Origin: Spirochaetia bacterium
GTDB taxonomy: Bacteria > Spirochaetota > Spirochaetia > DSM-2461
Length of the DNA: 64,000 nucleotides
Direction: 5' to 3'
Assembly (NCBI GenBank): GCA_963666985.2
Contig: CAXXIA010000002.1
Coordinates: 1,408,001 to 1,472,000, forward strand
Position 1 is the stretch's first letter. Each line of letters starts with the position of its first letter. The position numbers and the translations under genes were made by a program. This document shows positions 1 to 10,828 of the stretch, piece after piece. The notes under the pieces were generated by a model. That model was not told where the DNA came from and searched no databases. It saw only the letters and a program-made list of their open reading frames with translations.

Positions 1-956
1 TGACCGAATATACCGACGGCCAGCGCATTGTGATTGAACGATTCGCCGATTACTGGGGAGGCGATGTCGCGGCTGTTGACCGCGTTGAGTTCCGCAAAGT
101 TCCCGAACTGGCCACTCGGATAGCCGGGTTGCGCAGCGGAGAATTCGATATCATCACCGAAGTTCCGCCGGATCAGGCCGAAGCCGTCAACAAAATGAGC
201 GGCGTGAGCGTCGTCGGCGGTCCCATTCGAACCATCTACGGCATGTTTTTTGATGAAACAAGCAACACCCCCATGGCCGATCCGCGGATTCGCGAAGCCT
301 TAACCCTTTCCATCGACCGCCGGCTTCTGGTTGATACGCTGTTCGGCGGGTATACCACCATTCCGAACAACTGGCAGATGAAGCTTTTTGGAGATATGTA
401 CCTGGAGGATTATCCGGGACTGGAGTACAACCCCCGGCGCGCCAAAGAGCTGATGAAAGAAGCCGGATACCATGGTGAGAAAATCGTGTACCGCATTCTT
501 CCGGGATACTACACCATGGAGCAGATCGTCTCCGAAGCGGTTACACAGATGTGGCAGGACGTCGGCTTCAACGTTGAACTTCAGGTTAAGGAAAACTGGA
601 ATCAGATTCTTGAAGATAACGATGAACGGAATATTTTCAACGGTTCCTTCTCCGCTTATTATCCCGATCCGGTAGGACAGTTCTGGCGCCGTTTCGGGCC
701 GGCTACCGGCGGCGCTTACGGAGGCCTGTGGACCAATCCCGATGAATTCGTAAAGCTGGGTTCCGTACTGGAAACCAATTACGACTTAAACGCCCGCCGT
801 GATGCTTTCGAAAAAATGATGGACATCTTTAATAAAGATCCCAAGGGTGTTTACCTGTACAACCTTCCCATGATTTACGGTGTGCGCGACGGCGTGAAAT
901 GGAACGCTCTTCCCATTGAAGGAATGGACCTTACCAAGGCCGCTCTGGAGCTGTAG
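1..956 (+). CDS. ABC transporter substrate-binding protein, DppA/OppA (SBP_bac_5) family, 5'-partial
   Basis: Frame is open from the window edge; family motifs VPELATRIAGLRSGEFDI and DPRIREALTLSIDR; first gene of an ABC operon. Confidence 0.9.
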   Translation, partial: TEYTDGQRIVIERFADYWGGDVAAVDRVEFRKVPELATRIAGLRSGEFDIITEVPPDQAEAVNKMSGVSVVGGPIRTIYGMFFDETSNTPMADPRIREALTLSIDRRLLVDTLFGGYTTIPNNWQMKLFGDMYLEDYPGLEYNPRRAKELMKEAGYHGEKIVYRILPGYYTMEQIVSEAVTQMWQDVGFNVELQVKENWNQILEDNDERNIFNGSFSAYYPDPVGQFWRRFGPATGGAYGGLWTNPDEFVKLGSVLETNYDLNARRDAFEKMMDIFNKDPKGVYLYNLPMIYGVRDGVKWNALPIEGMDLTKAALEL

Positions 957-960
957 GGAA

Positions 961-2952
961 GTGTCTTTACTGGAAGTCCGGAATCTGAAAGTTCGTTTTG
1001 ATACGGTTAATGGACCGGTTGAAGCGGTTCGGGGGCTGGACTTCTTTCTTAATGAAGGAGAAATCCTGGGCGTTGTCGGTGAAACCGGATCGGGGAAAAG
1101 CGTTTCCTGCAAGGCACTGACCCGCCTGCTTCCCGACAATGCCGTAATTGACGGAGAAGTTCTGTTCAACGGAACGAATCTTCTGAAGCTTCCGCCCCGG
1201 AACCTGCGGACCGTCCGGGGAGATTCTCTGTCCATGATTTTTCAAGACCCCCAGAGCTGTCTAAATCCGATTAAGACCATTGAAAGTCACCTGAAAGAAG
1301 TTCTGATTCGTCATGGGCAGAAATCCGGCTTTCATAAAACAGCCAAAGATCGTTTAAAAGCCCTCCATATCAAATCACCGGGAAAACGGCTGAAAGACTA
1401 TCCGTTCCAGTTTTCCGGAGGCATGGCTCAGCGGGTTCAAATCGCCATGGCCACAACAGGCCATCCGGCCGTTATGATTGCCGATGAACCGACAACGGCC
1501 CTTGACGTTACCATCCAGGCGCGCATTCTCGGCGAGCTGAAAGCCCTTTCGCAAAAGGAAAAACTGGCGGTTATCCTCATTACTCACGATCTTTCGGTTG
1601 TTGCTGAAATCTGCGATCGGGTACTCGTACTCTATCACGGAAGAATCGTGGAAAGCGGACCGGTGGAATCCCTTTTGCATCATCCGACTCACCCCTACAC
1701 TCGGGCCCTTCTGGATTCGGTGCCGGCACTCGGCGCCGCCGGTACGCGCCTGAAACCGATTGCGCCGGATACGGGCGGCGAAAAAAACCTTAAAGGGTGT
1801 TCCTTCGCGCCCCGCTGCGGCTTTGTCCGCGACGATTGCCGCCTCGCCTTTCCTTCTCCGGAATATTCCGGGAAACGGATGGTACGCTGTTTTCATCCTC
1901 TTCTTTCCGCCGGGGAAAGCGCGGACGATTCCGGGAAACTTCCCATGTCTTTTTTAAACGATACCCAAACCGATCCCAAGAAAACGCCGGAACCGTCCGA
2001 AGACATTCTTTTTGAAGCGAACAATCTGATTTGCCGCTTCAGACTGAAAAGCATTGAAAATCCGTGGCTTCAGGCGGTGGACGAAGTAAGCCTCCGGGTA
2101 CGCCGCGGTGAAATCCTGGGAATCGTCGGCGAATCCGGTTCGGGAAAATCCACTCTGGCCAAAGCCGCCATGGGCCTCATAACGCCCTATTCGGGAACAA
2201 TGAAATACCGGGGAACACCCTATTACGGTTCAAACTGGGACTTCAAAGCGCATTGCCGAAGAACCCAGTATGTTTTCCAAGATCCTCTTGGGGCCCTGGA
2301 TCCCCGAATCCCGATTCTCTTCCAGTGCGCCGAACCGATATTTATCCATGAACATAATCCGGAGCGTTCCGAGGCGAAAAAGCGGGCGGCCGCCATGCTC
2401 CGGCGCTGCGGCCTGGAAGAGGAATTCCATCTCCGAAAGCCCTATAATCTTTCGGGCGGTCAACGGCAGAGAGCCGTACTGGCCCGATCATTAATTTTAA
2501 ATCCTGAGTTTCTTATCTGCGACGAACCGGTTTCGGCCATGGACGTTTCCGTTCAGGCTCAGATTATAAACCTGTTAAAAGACCTAGCCGCCGAAGAGGG
2601 TCTCACCATTCTTTTTATCAGTCACGATTTAAGTGTGGTTTCGGTCATCTGCCGGCGGGTGGCGGTGATGTATGCCGGACGGATTGTTGAAATAGGACGT
2701 ATGGAGGATCTGTTCAACAATCCGTCCCATCCCTATACCCGTCTGCTCATTAATTCGATTCCCGGAAAATCTTCTCGGGGAAAAGCCGCCGGTAATAGCC
2801 CCGATAAAAAGGTTTCGGAAGAATCCGACCTTTATTCGAACGGCTGTCCGTTCGCTTCACGGTGTCCGGAAGAACAAAAAATATGCCGGGAGAACAGACC
2901 TGTTCTTAAGAATATCGCATCTTTTCATCAGGCGGCCTGCCATGAGCGATAA
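961..2952 (+). CDS. Fused double ABC ATPase of a dipeptide/oligopeptide transporter (DppD-DppF fusion)
   Basis: Two Walker A motifs ([16 protein letters not shown]), signatures FSGGMAQR and LSGGQRQR, two HPYT/Cys-rich oligo_HPY tails; likely GTG start at 961. Confidence 0.93.
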   Translation: MSLLEVRNLKVRFDTVNGPVEAVRGLDFFLNEGEILGVVGETGSGKSVSCKALTRLLPDNAVIDGEVLFNGTNLLKLPPRNLRTVRGDSLSMIFQDPQSCLNPIKTIESHLKEVLIRHGQKSGFHKTAKDRLKALHIKSPGKRLKDYPFQFSGGMAQRVQIAMATTGHPAVMIADEPTTALDVTIQARILGELKALSQKEKLAVILITHDLSVVAEICDRVLVLYHGRIVESGPVESLLHHPTHPYTRALLDSVPALGAAGTRLKPIAPDTGGEKNLKGCSFAPRCGFVRDDCRLAFPSPEYSGKRMVRCFHPLLSAGESADDSGKLPMSFLNDTQTDPKKTPEPSEDILFEANNLICRFRLKSIENPWLQAVDEVSLRVRRGEILGIVGESGSGKSTLAKAAMGLITPYSGTMKYRGTPYYGSNWDFKAHCRRTQYVFQDPLGALDPRIPILFQCAEPIFIHEHNPERSEAKKRAAAMLRRCGLEEEFHLRKPYNLSGGQRQRAVLARSLILNPEFLICDEPVSAMDVSVQAQIINLLKDLAAEEGLTILFISHDLSVVSVICRRVAVMYAGRIVEIGRMEDLFNNPSHPYTRLLINSIPGKSSRGKAAGNSPDKKVSEESDLYSNGCPFASRCPEEQKICRENRPVLKNIASFHQAACHER

Positions 2953-3910
2953 ATCGGTTCGGAAAATTACCGCTTTGTTTCATCGTTATTCTTATTTCTT
3001 TATTAAAATTATCCGGGCTCTGGTAACGGCGCTGATTATTATGGTGATCAGCTTTTTCATGATCCGCTCCTCAGGCAATCCGGCTCTTATTTACCTTGGA
3101 ACCGAAGCCACGCCCGAAGCCCTGGAATACTTCAACCACAAATGGGGATTGGATCGGCCGGTAATCCACCAGTTTTCATCCTATTTTGGCCGGCTGATGC
3201 ACGGGGAACTGGGAAACTCCCTGATTAAAAGCCGCCCCGTAGGAGAAATCATCGGAAGTCGTTTGGGCGCGACTCTTTCCCTGATGATTCCGGCGGCCGT
3301 TCTTTCCATCGGCGGCGGAATTATTTTGGGAACAATCGCGGCCCTTCGTCATAAAAAACCGCTGGACGGAACCATTCTGGTTGTATCGACGCTGGGATTC
3401 AGTCTGCCGAATTTCTTTTTCGGCGTTCTGCTGATCTTTCTTTTTTCGGTTGTTCTCGGGTGGCTCCCCTCCAGCGGGAACGAAGGATTCAGACATTACC
3501 TGATGCCCCTTACGGCCATTGTAACGGCGGACTGCGCCATCTTCACGCGTTTTACACGGGCCGCTCTGGTGGATATCTTCGACAGTCATTTCATCGCTTC
3601 GTTCCGCTCTCTCGGAATCAAGGAACGGCGGATCTTATTCCTGCAGGCCCTTCCAAACGCGGCGATTTCCCTGCTGACCATTTCCGGTTTCTACATCGGG
3701 TCTTTGGTAAGCGGAGCCATCATAACCGAAACGGTTTTTTCCTGGCCGGGACTGGGTTCGCTTCTGGTCGAATCCTTACGGGCCCGCGACTACCCAATCG
3801 TGCAGGCGCTCATGCTTCTTTTCGGATTCTCCATTGTCGTTACCAACCTGATTATCGACGTTCTTTACGGCGTGGCGGATCCGCGGATTCGAAAAGGGGC
3901 CGAAGAATGA
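2942..3910 (+). CDS. ABC transporter permease, DppB-like
   Basis: Hydrophobic helices; GAIITETVFSWPGLG and RDYPIVQ motifs. Confidence 0.92.
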   Translation: MSDKSVRKITALFHRYSYFFIKIIRALVTALIIMVISFFMIRSSGNPALIYLGTEATPEALEYFNHKWGLDRPVIHQFSSYFGRLMHGELGNSLIKSRPVGEIIGSRLGATLSLMIPAAVLSIGGGIILGTIAALRHKKPLDGTILVVSTLGFSLPNFFFGVLLIFLFSVVLGWLPSSGNEGFRHYLMPLTAIVTADCAIFTRFTRAALVDIFDSHFIASFRSLGIKERRILFLQALPNAAISLLTISGFYIGSLVSGAIITETVFSWPGLGSLLVESLRARDYPIVQALMLLFGFSIVVTNLIIDVLYGVADPRIRKGAEE

Positions 3911-4731
3911 AGAGGTTTTTCCGCATCCATCCTCCAAGATTTCTGTTTGCCGTCACCATCTTGGTTGGATTTGTAATTCTTTCCTTCATCCCGCTTCCTT
4001 TTGAGGCCAACGATCAGGTTCTGACCGATCGCTTCATTCCCCCGTCGTTTATGAACGGCGGACGGGCGGATCATCTTTTGGGTACTGATCATCTGGGACG
4101 GGATATGCTCAGCCGGACAATGGCGGGCATTCGAATCAGTTATTTTATCGCCCTGGCCGGAACGGTCGTTGGAGCGGCCATCGGAGTCGGCCTTGGCTTT
4201 TTGGCGGCCCGGTTTCAAAGCTGGACGGACGAACTGATTATGATGCTGGTGGATATTCAGGCATCCCTGCCGTTCATCCTGATCGCCATCGCCATGCTGT
4301 CTTTTATCAGCAGTTCGTTTCTGGTAATAGTCATTCTTCTGGGAGTGGCCGGTTGGGAAAAATACGCCCGGCTTACCCGGGCTCTCACCATGACCTCGAT
4401 GAACCACGGATATGCCCGAGCGGTAAAGGCTGCCGGTGCCTCCCAGGGAAGAATCTTTTTCAGACACATTCTTCCCAATATTTCCGGAGCGCTGATTGTG
4501 AACATGACATTGAATTTCCCGGGAACCATGATCGCCGAGAGTTCCTTGAGCTTTCTGGGACTGGGAATCCAGCCGCCGCTGATAAGCTTGGGACGGCTTC
4601 TCGGAGAAGGCCGGGTTTATCTGCTCACCGCCTGGTGGATCACCGTTGTTCCCGGGGCCGTAATCTTTTTATCAACCCTGGCCATGACCATCGTCGGAGA
4701 CTGGGCACGGGATCGGAGCGGTACACGATGA
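3907..4731 (+). CDS. ABC transporter permease, DppC-like
   Basis: ATGA overlap with the upstream stop; HLLGTDHLGRD, RHILPN and ESSLSFLGLG motifs. Confidence 0.92.
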   Translation: MKRFFRIHPPRFLFAVTILVGFVILSFIPLPFEANDQVLTDRFIPPSFMNGGRADHLLGTDHLGRDMLSRTMAGIRISYFIALAGTVVGAAIGVGLGFLAARFQSWTDELIMMLVDIQASLPFILIAIAMLSFISSSFLVIVILLGVAGWEKYARLTRALTMTSMNHGYARAVKAAGASQGRIFFRHILPNISGALIVNMTLNFPGTMIAESSLSFLGLGIQPPLISLGRLLGEGRVYLLTAWWITVVPGAVIFLSTLAMTIVGDWARDRSGTR

Positions 4732-6170
4732 AAATAATTCTTTTCGGTTTTGACGGACTGCGGGCGGATATGGTGAATCATTCATCCATGCCGCATCTGG
4801 CTTCATTTTTGGAATCCAATGTTTGGTATTCCGATGTTCGCTCGGTCTTTCCCGCCGAAACATACGTAAATCATCCCAGCATTTTCACCGGTTTTCTTCC
4901 CGAGCGTCACGGAATGGTGGCCAATGCCTTTTTCGACGCGGCGGTATCCAGGAAAGACTTCTTTCTCGGCAGTCTGGTGGAACGGATAGAAGAAGCGGAG
5001 AAACGGACAAGCGGCGCTCTGTTTCAGGTTCCGACTCTCACTGAAAATCTTGCCGCTCACGGACTTAAATACTTCAGCATCAGTTCGAACTCTCCGGGCA
5101 GTACGCGGCTTATGGCTCATAAAGCCCCGAGTATCGGCGGAGTGAATATTTCGGTAAACGGGATTGCCCACGCCTGCCCGGAATCCCTTCGCGGGAAATA
5201 TGGGCCGGATTCCGAAGAACCGCTGGTAAAACCCGATTTAAAGGGACTGCGAAAAATGAATCAGATCGTTCACGATCTGGTGCGTGAAGACGGACTGCCG
5301 GATGTCGGCATTATCTGGTATGGAGAACCCGACCACAGTTTTCATGCCTTCGGACTCGATGCCCCCGAAAGCTCGGAATGCCTTCGGAGCGCCGATGAAT
5401 GTTTTGCCGAAATCGTCGAAGCCTACGGTAAAAACGATGATGTTCAAATCATCGTGGTTTCCGATCACGGCCATATTACCATTCGGGAACATTTCGATCT
5501 TATCGCGGCATTGGAGAATGCCGGTTTCCGGCATGGCGAATCGCTGGAAAGCCCAAGCGCCGATTTCACCCTTTTATGGGGGTACAGCGGCAATATCTAT
5601 CTTCGAAATCAGAACAGACTGGAAGACTTCTGCGAAGCCCTGCGGGCGATGGATGAAGTGGGGATGCTGTTTACCCGAGACCGCAACGGCAGAGACGGCT
5701 TGGCCTCCGGAACATTCTCAAGCCGTCTTGTCGGCGGAGACCATGCGCGAGCCGGAGATATCCGCTTTATTCTGCGTGCTTTTGATGAAAAAGGCCCCGG
5801 AGGGTATCCGGGAATCTGTGTTTGCGCCGCTTCAATGCTTGATGTCGGCTGCGGTATTCACGGAGGGCTTCATCCGGGTGAACTGCGAACCGTCCTCGGT
5901 TTCGGCGGATCGGCCTTTAAAAAAAGCCGAATCGTTGAGAATCCGGCGGGGGTTATCGACATCGCTCCCACGATTTATCGTCTTTTAAAAATCAAACCGG
6001 CCCTTAATCCTCAGGGCCGAATTCTTAAAGAGGCTTTGATGGGTGAACCGTCAACTCATCCGGAAGCTGAAAAAGAAATTTTCCGCTGTGGAAACGCCCG
6101 CTTTTCACAGGAATTGAGTATCGATTATATTGCCGGGATTCCTTACATCGATCGGGGCGGGCGGGTTTAA
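4728..6170 (+). CDS. Alkaline phosphatase superfamily protein (nucleotide pyrophosphatase/phosphodiesterase type)
   Basis: ATGA overlap; GFDGLRAD, FPAETYVNH (Thr nucleophile), EPDHSFH, SDHGH and HGGLH metal-binding motifs. Confidence 0.88.
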   Translation: MKIILFGFDGLRADMVNHSSMPHLASFLESNVWYSDVRSVFPAETYVNHPSIFTGFLPERHGMVANAFFDAAVSRKDFFLGSLVERIEEAEKRTSGALFQVPTLTENLAAHGLKYFSISSNSPGSTRLMAHKAPSIGGVNISVNGIAHACPESLRGKYGPDSEEPLVKPDLKGLRKMNQIVHDLVREDGLPDVGIIWYGEPDHSFHAFGLDAPESSECLRSADECFAEIVEAYGKNDDVQIIVVSDHGHITIREHFDLIAALENAGFRHGESLESPSADFTLLWGYSGNIYLRNQNRLEDFCEALRAMDEVGMLFTRDRNGRDGLASGTFSSRLVGGDHARAGDIRFILRAFDEKGPGGYPGICVCAASMLDVGCGIHGGLHPGELRTVLGFGGSAFKKSRIVENPAGVIDIAPTIYRLLKIKPALNPQGRILKEALMGEPSTHPEAEKEIFRCGNARFSQELSIDYIAGIPYIDRGGRV

Positions 6171-6206
6171 TTCACCGCTCATTGGAGCGGCCGAACTGAT
6201 GGGCCT

Positions 6207-6250
6207 AAAAAAGGCGAACCCGGACGCAACATCCCGGATTCGCCTTTAAA
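6207..6250. terminator. Probable bidirectional intrinsic terminator
   Basis: AAAGGCGAAcCCGG...CCGGaTTCGCCTTT inverted repeat between convergent genes, with A/T runs on both sides. Confidence 0.65.
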
Positions 6251-6270
6251 GCAGATTCTCGAATCGTACG

Positions 6271-7533
6271 CTATTCCGCGTCGGCCTTCAAAACGGTATT
6301 CAGCAGAACGGTAGCTCCTTCGGTGCAGTGCTCAACGGTGGAGAACTCATCTTCACTGTGGGAAATCCCGTCTTTCGACTGAACGAACAGCATCGTGGTG
6401 GGCATCATGTAAGCGGCGAACTGAGCATCGTGTCCGGCGCCGGAATGCAGAACCTGATGACTGATTCCCGATTCTTCGGCGGCTTCTTTTGCATAGCCCA
6501 CAAGCTTTTCATCCCAGTAAACGGTGTCGCGGTTCCACATTTTCTCAACTTCACAGCGGCATCCGGCCCATTCTTTACCGTTGCAGCTTTTCACGATGGC
6601 CAGCACTTTCTCAAGAACTTTCGGATCGTCGTGACGGGAGTCGAGAGAGAAATCGACATAATCGGGAACACAGGTATGCACGCAGGGGTGGCAGACGATT
6701 TCACCGGTGGTGTACACAAGTTCCGGATGCCCCAGCTTGTCGATTTCCTCATGGAGATAGCAGATGGCCTGCGAGGCCGCGAACAGAGCGTCTTTTCTCT
6801 TCTGCATGGGGAAGGTTCCCGCATGGACGGTTTGTCCGTAAAACCGGAAGCGGTAATTGAACATCCCCATGACGCAGTCGACGATACCGACATCCTTTCC
6901 CGCATCTTCCAGAATGGGTCCCTGCTCGATATGGATTTCAAACATGTATTTATACTGGTCCGGATTCAATCTGTACTTTTTGTCGCCTTTAAATCCGGAT
7001 TGATTCAGCGCTTCGCCGAAGGTCTTGGTCGCGTCCAGCATGCTCTTGGAGACCATCATATCTTCATATTTGAATTTTTCCCGAATGGCTTCCGGCAGAT
7101 AATCGTAGCAGACGATTCCGGAGACCATCATGGCGGGCGGATAAAGGGAGCCTTCCTCATTGGTCCAAACCATGGCCGTTAAGGGATGTTTGTGAGGAAT
7201 CTTCTTTTCGGCGACCGTTTCAAGAACTTCCATGGCGGACATAACGCCGAGGATTCCGTCGTAGTTGCCGCCGTTTTTCACCGAATCGGTATGGGAGGCC
7301 ATAACGATCCGCTTTGCATTCGGATCGCTTCCCGGAAGAGTCGCGTACATATTGGCCACATCGTCAACTTCGATTACGGCACCGATGGCTTCCATTCGCT
7401 TTTTAAATTCGTTTCGGGCCTGAATGTCTTCGGGAGACAGAGAATATCGAGTAACACCGCCGTGGCCGGCATCACCAAATTGACTGAATGTTTTAATTTT
7501 GTCTTCCATTCGATCATTGCTGCATGTATACAT
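6271..7533 (-). CDS. Zn-dependent M20 amidohydrolase (N-carbamoyl-amino acid hydrolase / beta-ureidopropionase / allantoate amidohydrolase family)
   Basis: SHTDSVKNGGNYDGILGV, NEEG, EIHIEQGP, HAGT, SGAGHDA and GISHS motifs; start MYTCS follows an AGAGG RBS. Confidence 0.9.
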   Translation of the reverse strand: MYTCSNDRMEDKIKTFSQFGDAGHGGVTRYSLSPEDIQARNEFKKRMEAIGAVIEVDDVANMYATLPGSDPNAKRIVMASHTDSVKNGGNYDGILGVMSAMEVLETVAEKKIPHKHPLTAMVWTNEEGSLYPPAMMVSGIVCYDYLPEAIREKFKYEDMMVSKSMLDATKTFGEALNQSGFKGDKKYRLNPDQYKYMFEIHIEQGPILEDAGKDVGIVDCVMGMFNYRFRFYGQTVHAGTFPMQKRKDALFAASQAICYLHEEIDKLGHPELVYTTGEIVCHPCVHTCVPDYVDFSLDSRHDDPKVLEKVLAIVKSCNGKEWAGCRCEVEKMWNRDTVYWDEKLVGYAKEAAEESGISHQVLHSGAGHDAQFAAYMMPTTMLFVQSKDGISHSEDEFSTVEHCTEGATVLLNTVLKADAE

Positions 7534-7717
7534 CTTTTTAACCTCTCTGCTGTAATATCGCTCCATTATACGTCAGGCTTCGTCTTTTCGACACTTCCAA
7601 ATACCGGGAAGATTTTCATAGACAAAGGCTTTTCAAGGGAAAGAAAGCCGAAGTTGCCCGTGAAATACCGAAATCCGCCGAAAAGAAGCGCTTACGGTAT
7701 TCGACGGCCGCAAATCC

Positions 7718-8776
7718 TCAGTTTCTAAAGTCCTCAAGCATACCGGTGAAATCTTCATATATATCGGTGGGAACCGATCGGCCGTCGCCGACCATCAATT
7801 CATGCCCGCTCTGCATCACGGACATCCATTGTTTGGCCTGCTCGTCGGTTATCGCAACATGATGAAGACCGTGTTTCTCCATTACCGCGAGAGCTTCTTC
7901 ATTCAGCCGAATCGATTCGGCATAGAACGCCGAAGCCATGCGCTTCATCGCCGCCTTCAATTCCTCATGATACTCTTCGGGAATTCGATTCCAGGCACGC
8001 TCGGTAAGAACCAAACCGCCGATAACCGGTGACAGGCGAAAATCGGTCATGTAAGGAGCAAAGGCGAACCATTGGTATGCTCCCGCGCCCACCGGCGGAG
8101 CATAGAACGTATCGGCCAGACCGCTCTGCAGAGATACGGTTATCTCATTAATGCCTACCGGAACGACATTGAATCCCAGGGACTTGAACACAATGGACAT
8201 CTCGGTATCCGTATTGTCCACAAAAATCTTATGCCGCTTCAAATCGCCGGGGCTATAAATCGGTTCCGGCCCGTAGATATAGGCCCAGCCGGTCTTGGAC
8301 CACGCGCCGATCTCAAATCCTTCCTCGTGAAACCGTTCATCGAAACGGCCCATGAAATTCTCCAGCACATAGTCAAGCTCCTCTTCGCTGCGAAGAAGTC
8401 CCGGCAGGGTGAAAACAAAAGTTTCGGGCACGATGGCTTTTAATCCGAATGCGGAAAACACCCCGGCATCCAGCTGACCGAAACGCATTTTGCGAACCAT
8501 GTCGGCTTCGTTTCCGGCAATGGCTCCGGGGTAAATTTGCAGCTTCACCCGTCCTCCGGTTATCTCACGCCAATCATTGGCCATGCGCAAAAGGGCGTTA
8601 TGCCATTCGGTTCCTTCCGGAAGCGGGCTGGCGAGTTTAATCGTCTGAGCCGAGAGAACGGACGCCGAAAAGGAAAAAACAAGCATTAAGAAAATAGCTT
8701 TGACAATACGGGAACATCTGCCGTGCGGGAATCGTTTGCCGAATGGGAAGCCAAAATGCTTCATGAATACCATCAC
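7718..8776 (-). CDS. dctP: TRAP transporter substrate-binding protein DctP/TatP (paralog 2)
   Basis: Signal peptide, then IKLASPLPEGTEW and GNEADMVRKMRFGQLDAG; start uncertain (8764-8776). Confidence 0.85.
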   Translation of the reverse strand: MMVFMKHFGFPFGKRFPHGRCSRIVKAIFLMLVFSFSASVLSAQTIKLASPLPEGTEWHNALLRMANDWREITGGRVKLQIYPGAIAGNEADMVRKMRFGQLDAGVFSAFGLKAIVPETFVFTLPGLLRSEEELDYVLENFMGRFDERFHEEGFEIGAWSKTGWAYIYGPEPIYSPGDLKRHKIFVDNTDTEMSIVFKSLGFNVVPVGINEITVSLQSGLADTFYAPPVGAGAYQWFAFAPYMTDFRLSPVIGGLVLTERAWNRIPEEYHEELKAAMKRMASAFYAESIRLNEEALAVMEKHGLHHVAITDEQAKQWMSVMQSGHELMVGDGRSVPTDIYEDFTGMLEDFRN

Positions 8777-8816
8777 CTCGATCAGGATCGATTTCGATCC
8801 CTTTTTTACCGATACC

Positions 8817-9809
8817 TTATCGCAAACCGTTCACATGAAACATGAAATCTTCATAAACGTCGTCGTCAATCCACTTGCCGTCGCCGACAACAAGACTGTA
8901 TCCGCCGGTCAGAGTGTCGAACCATTCCTTCTTTTGAGCTTCCGTAAGAGACTCCCGATGCAGACCGTTCCGGTTCATTACATCCAGGGCTTCCTGATTC
9001 AACCGTTCGGATTCGAGATAAAAATCCCGTGCCACATCTTCTATGGCGGCTTTCAGTTCCGCGTGAAAGTTCTCCGGAATGCGCTGCCAGGTTCTTTCGC
9101 TGATAACGAATCCTCCGAGAACCGGAGCCAGAGGCAAATCAATCATATACGGAGCCTGAGAGAACCACTGATAAGACGCGGCCGCCATCGGAGGCGCGTA
9201 GAACGCGCTCACCATTCCGCTTTGAAGCGAAACCATCAATTCATTCATGGACGTGGGAACGACATTGAAGCGCAACGCCTTGAAATTCGCGGCCAACTCT
9301 TCGTCGGTGCTGGTTACCGCCAGTTTTTCAGTCCTCATCTGATCCGTCGTAACCGAAGGCTTCTTGGCGTAAAAATAGGCCCAGCCGCTCTTGGACCACG
9401 TCAGTACGCGAAATCCCTCGCGAACGAAATCATCATCGAAGAGAGGCGCGAAATCGGCAAGAACACGATCAAGCTCCTCTTCGGACTGAAGAATACCGGG
9501 AAGAGTCATCACGAACGTATTGGGGACAATCGTCTTCAAACCGAAGGTGGTCAGCACCGCCGCGTCAAGCTGACCGAAACGCATCTTCCGAATCATATCC
9601 CTATCGTCTCCGGCAACGCCGCCGGGATAGATTCGCATCCGCACCTGCCCGCCGGAAATGTTTTTCCACTCGGCGGCCATGCGCTTCAGCGTGGTATCCC
9701 AGGCGGAACCTTCGGGAAAAGGACTTCCAAGCTTTATGGTAAGGGCCGAAAGAGGCGCGGCAAACGCGATAGTAAAAACAAGAAGCAGAAATCCGACTTT
9801 CTTCATCAT
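8817..9809 (-). CDS. dctP: TRAP transporter substrate-binding protein DctP/TatP (paralog 1)
   Basis: Signal peptide MKKVGFLLLV...ALT; IKLGSPFPEGSAW and GDDRDMIRKMRFGQLDAA; directly follows tatT. Confidence 0.87.
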   Translation of the reverse strand: MMKKVGFLLLVFTIAFAAPLSALTIKLGSPFPEGSAWDTTLKRMAAEWKNISGGQVRMRIYPGGVAGDDRDMIRKMRFGQLDAAVLTTFGLKTIVPNTFVMTLPGILQSEEELDRVLADFAPLFDDDFVREGFRVLTWSKSGWAYFYAKKPSVTTDQMRTEKLAVTSTDEELAANFKALRFNVVPTSMNELMVSLQSGMVSAFYAPPMAAASYQWFSQAPYMIDLPLAPVLGGFVISERTWQRIPENFHAELKAAIEDVARDFYLESERLNQEALDVMNRNGLHRESLTEAQKKEWFDTLTGGYSLVVGDGKWIDDDVYEDFMFHVNGLR

Positions 9810-9819
9810 GATCCTTATC

Positions 9820-10818
9820 CTAGAAATCAACAAGAAAAAATTCTTCGATATGGTCGAGAAGCCATTGAGCTTTATCCTGGTAAATCAGGGTCATCAATCT
9901 GGTATCGGGATTTTCTTCCGGATCTATCGCCAGGGCCGCATTCAAATACGTCCGAAAACTCTCGACATCCTGTTCTTTAACAGAGACGGCACTCGCCATG
10001 GTGATATACGGCGAGGGCTCCAGTCCGTTCGAAAGAGAAACGGCGCGCTCAAAATGGAAAACGGCTCGGTCCCGAGGATTCGTTCCGATACCCGCGCTTT
10101 CATAATACCCGTCCATGTAATTTGCGGTCAGAGGACTTCGCTCCCGCATCGTCGCCAAAACGGAGGAAGGAAGCGACACCTGAAGCTGAATCATCATGTC
10201 GTGGATCCCGGCCGGCGAATCATCAAGCTCCATCGACCGATACATCAGCAGCGCCGCCTTATCCACAGTCGTGAGCACTTCAACATCCAGCGGATCCGTG
10301 CTGGCCATGCCGAGCCAGGCCAGTCCGGCCCAATAGGCGGCATCCGCATCCTCCGTCTCCAGCATGGCGGCGGCCGTATCGTAATCGCCCGAATCCAAGG
10401 AGGCAAGAAATCCTTCATGCCGAAGATCCAGAGCCGAAAGCAGGTAATCCCGCCCTCTTCGGAAGAGTTTTTTCGCCCTGGAACGGGCCTCGGCCGCCTC
10501 TTCCCACATCTCATCGTCCATCATGTCCGCGGGAAGCAGAATAAAACCGCCGGAATACATCGCGAAATTCTTTCCGGTGGCCGCGGCCAATTCGTCGTTC
10601 TTCGGATCCTGAGCGAGCAGAATCTCATAAATCTTCAACGCCAGCGGCAGGGCATCGGCGATCAGCTGAGGATCGTCATCGGAGGTGATGGCCCCGGCTC
10701 CATCCGGCGAAGAGAGCATGTCGGCCACCGAGCGGATGGCTTTCTTCTCCAGCGTACGGCAGGAAACCAGGAGAAGAGAGCCGAGGAGTAACAGGATAAA
10801 CCAGCGTCCTTTGTTCAT
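9820..10818 (-). CDS. tatT: TRAP transporter TatT component (TPAT system lipoprotein)
   Basis: Lipobox LLVSC; DDDPQLIADALPLALK motif; helical TPR-like body; C-terminal QDKAQWLLDHIEEFF; lies upstream of dctP genes. Confidence 0.82.
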   Translation of the reverse strand: MNKGRWFILLLLGSLLLVSCRTLEKKAIRSVADMLSSPDGAGAITSDDDPQLIADALPLALKIYEILLAQDPKNDELAAATGKNFAMYSGGFILLPADMMDDEMWEEAAEARSRAKKLFRRGRDYLLSALDLRHEGFLASLDSGDYDTAAAMLETEDADAAYWAGLAWLGMASTDPLDVEVLTTVDKAALLMYRSMELDDSPAGIHDMMIQLQVSLPSSVLATMRERSPLTANYMDGYYESAGIGTNPRDRAVFHFERAVSLSNGLEPSPYITMASAVSVKEQDVESFRTYLNAALAIDPEENPDTRLMTLIYQDKAQWLLDHIEEFFLVDF

Positions 10819-10828
10819 ACGTTCATTA

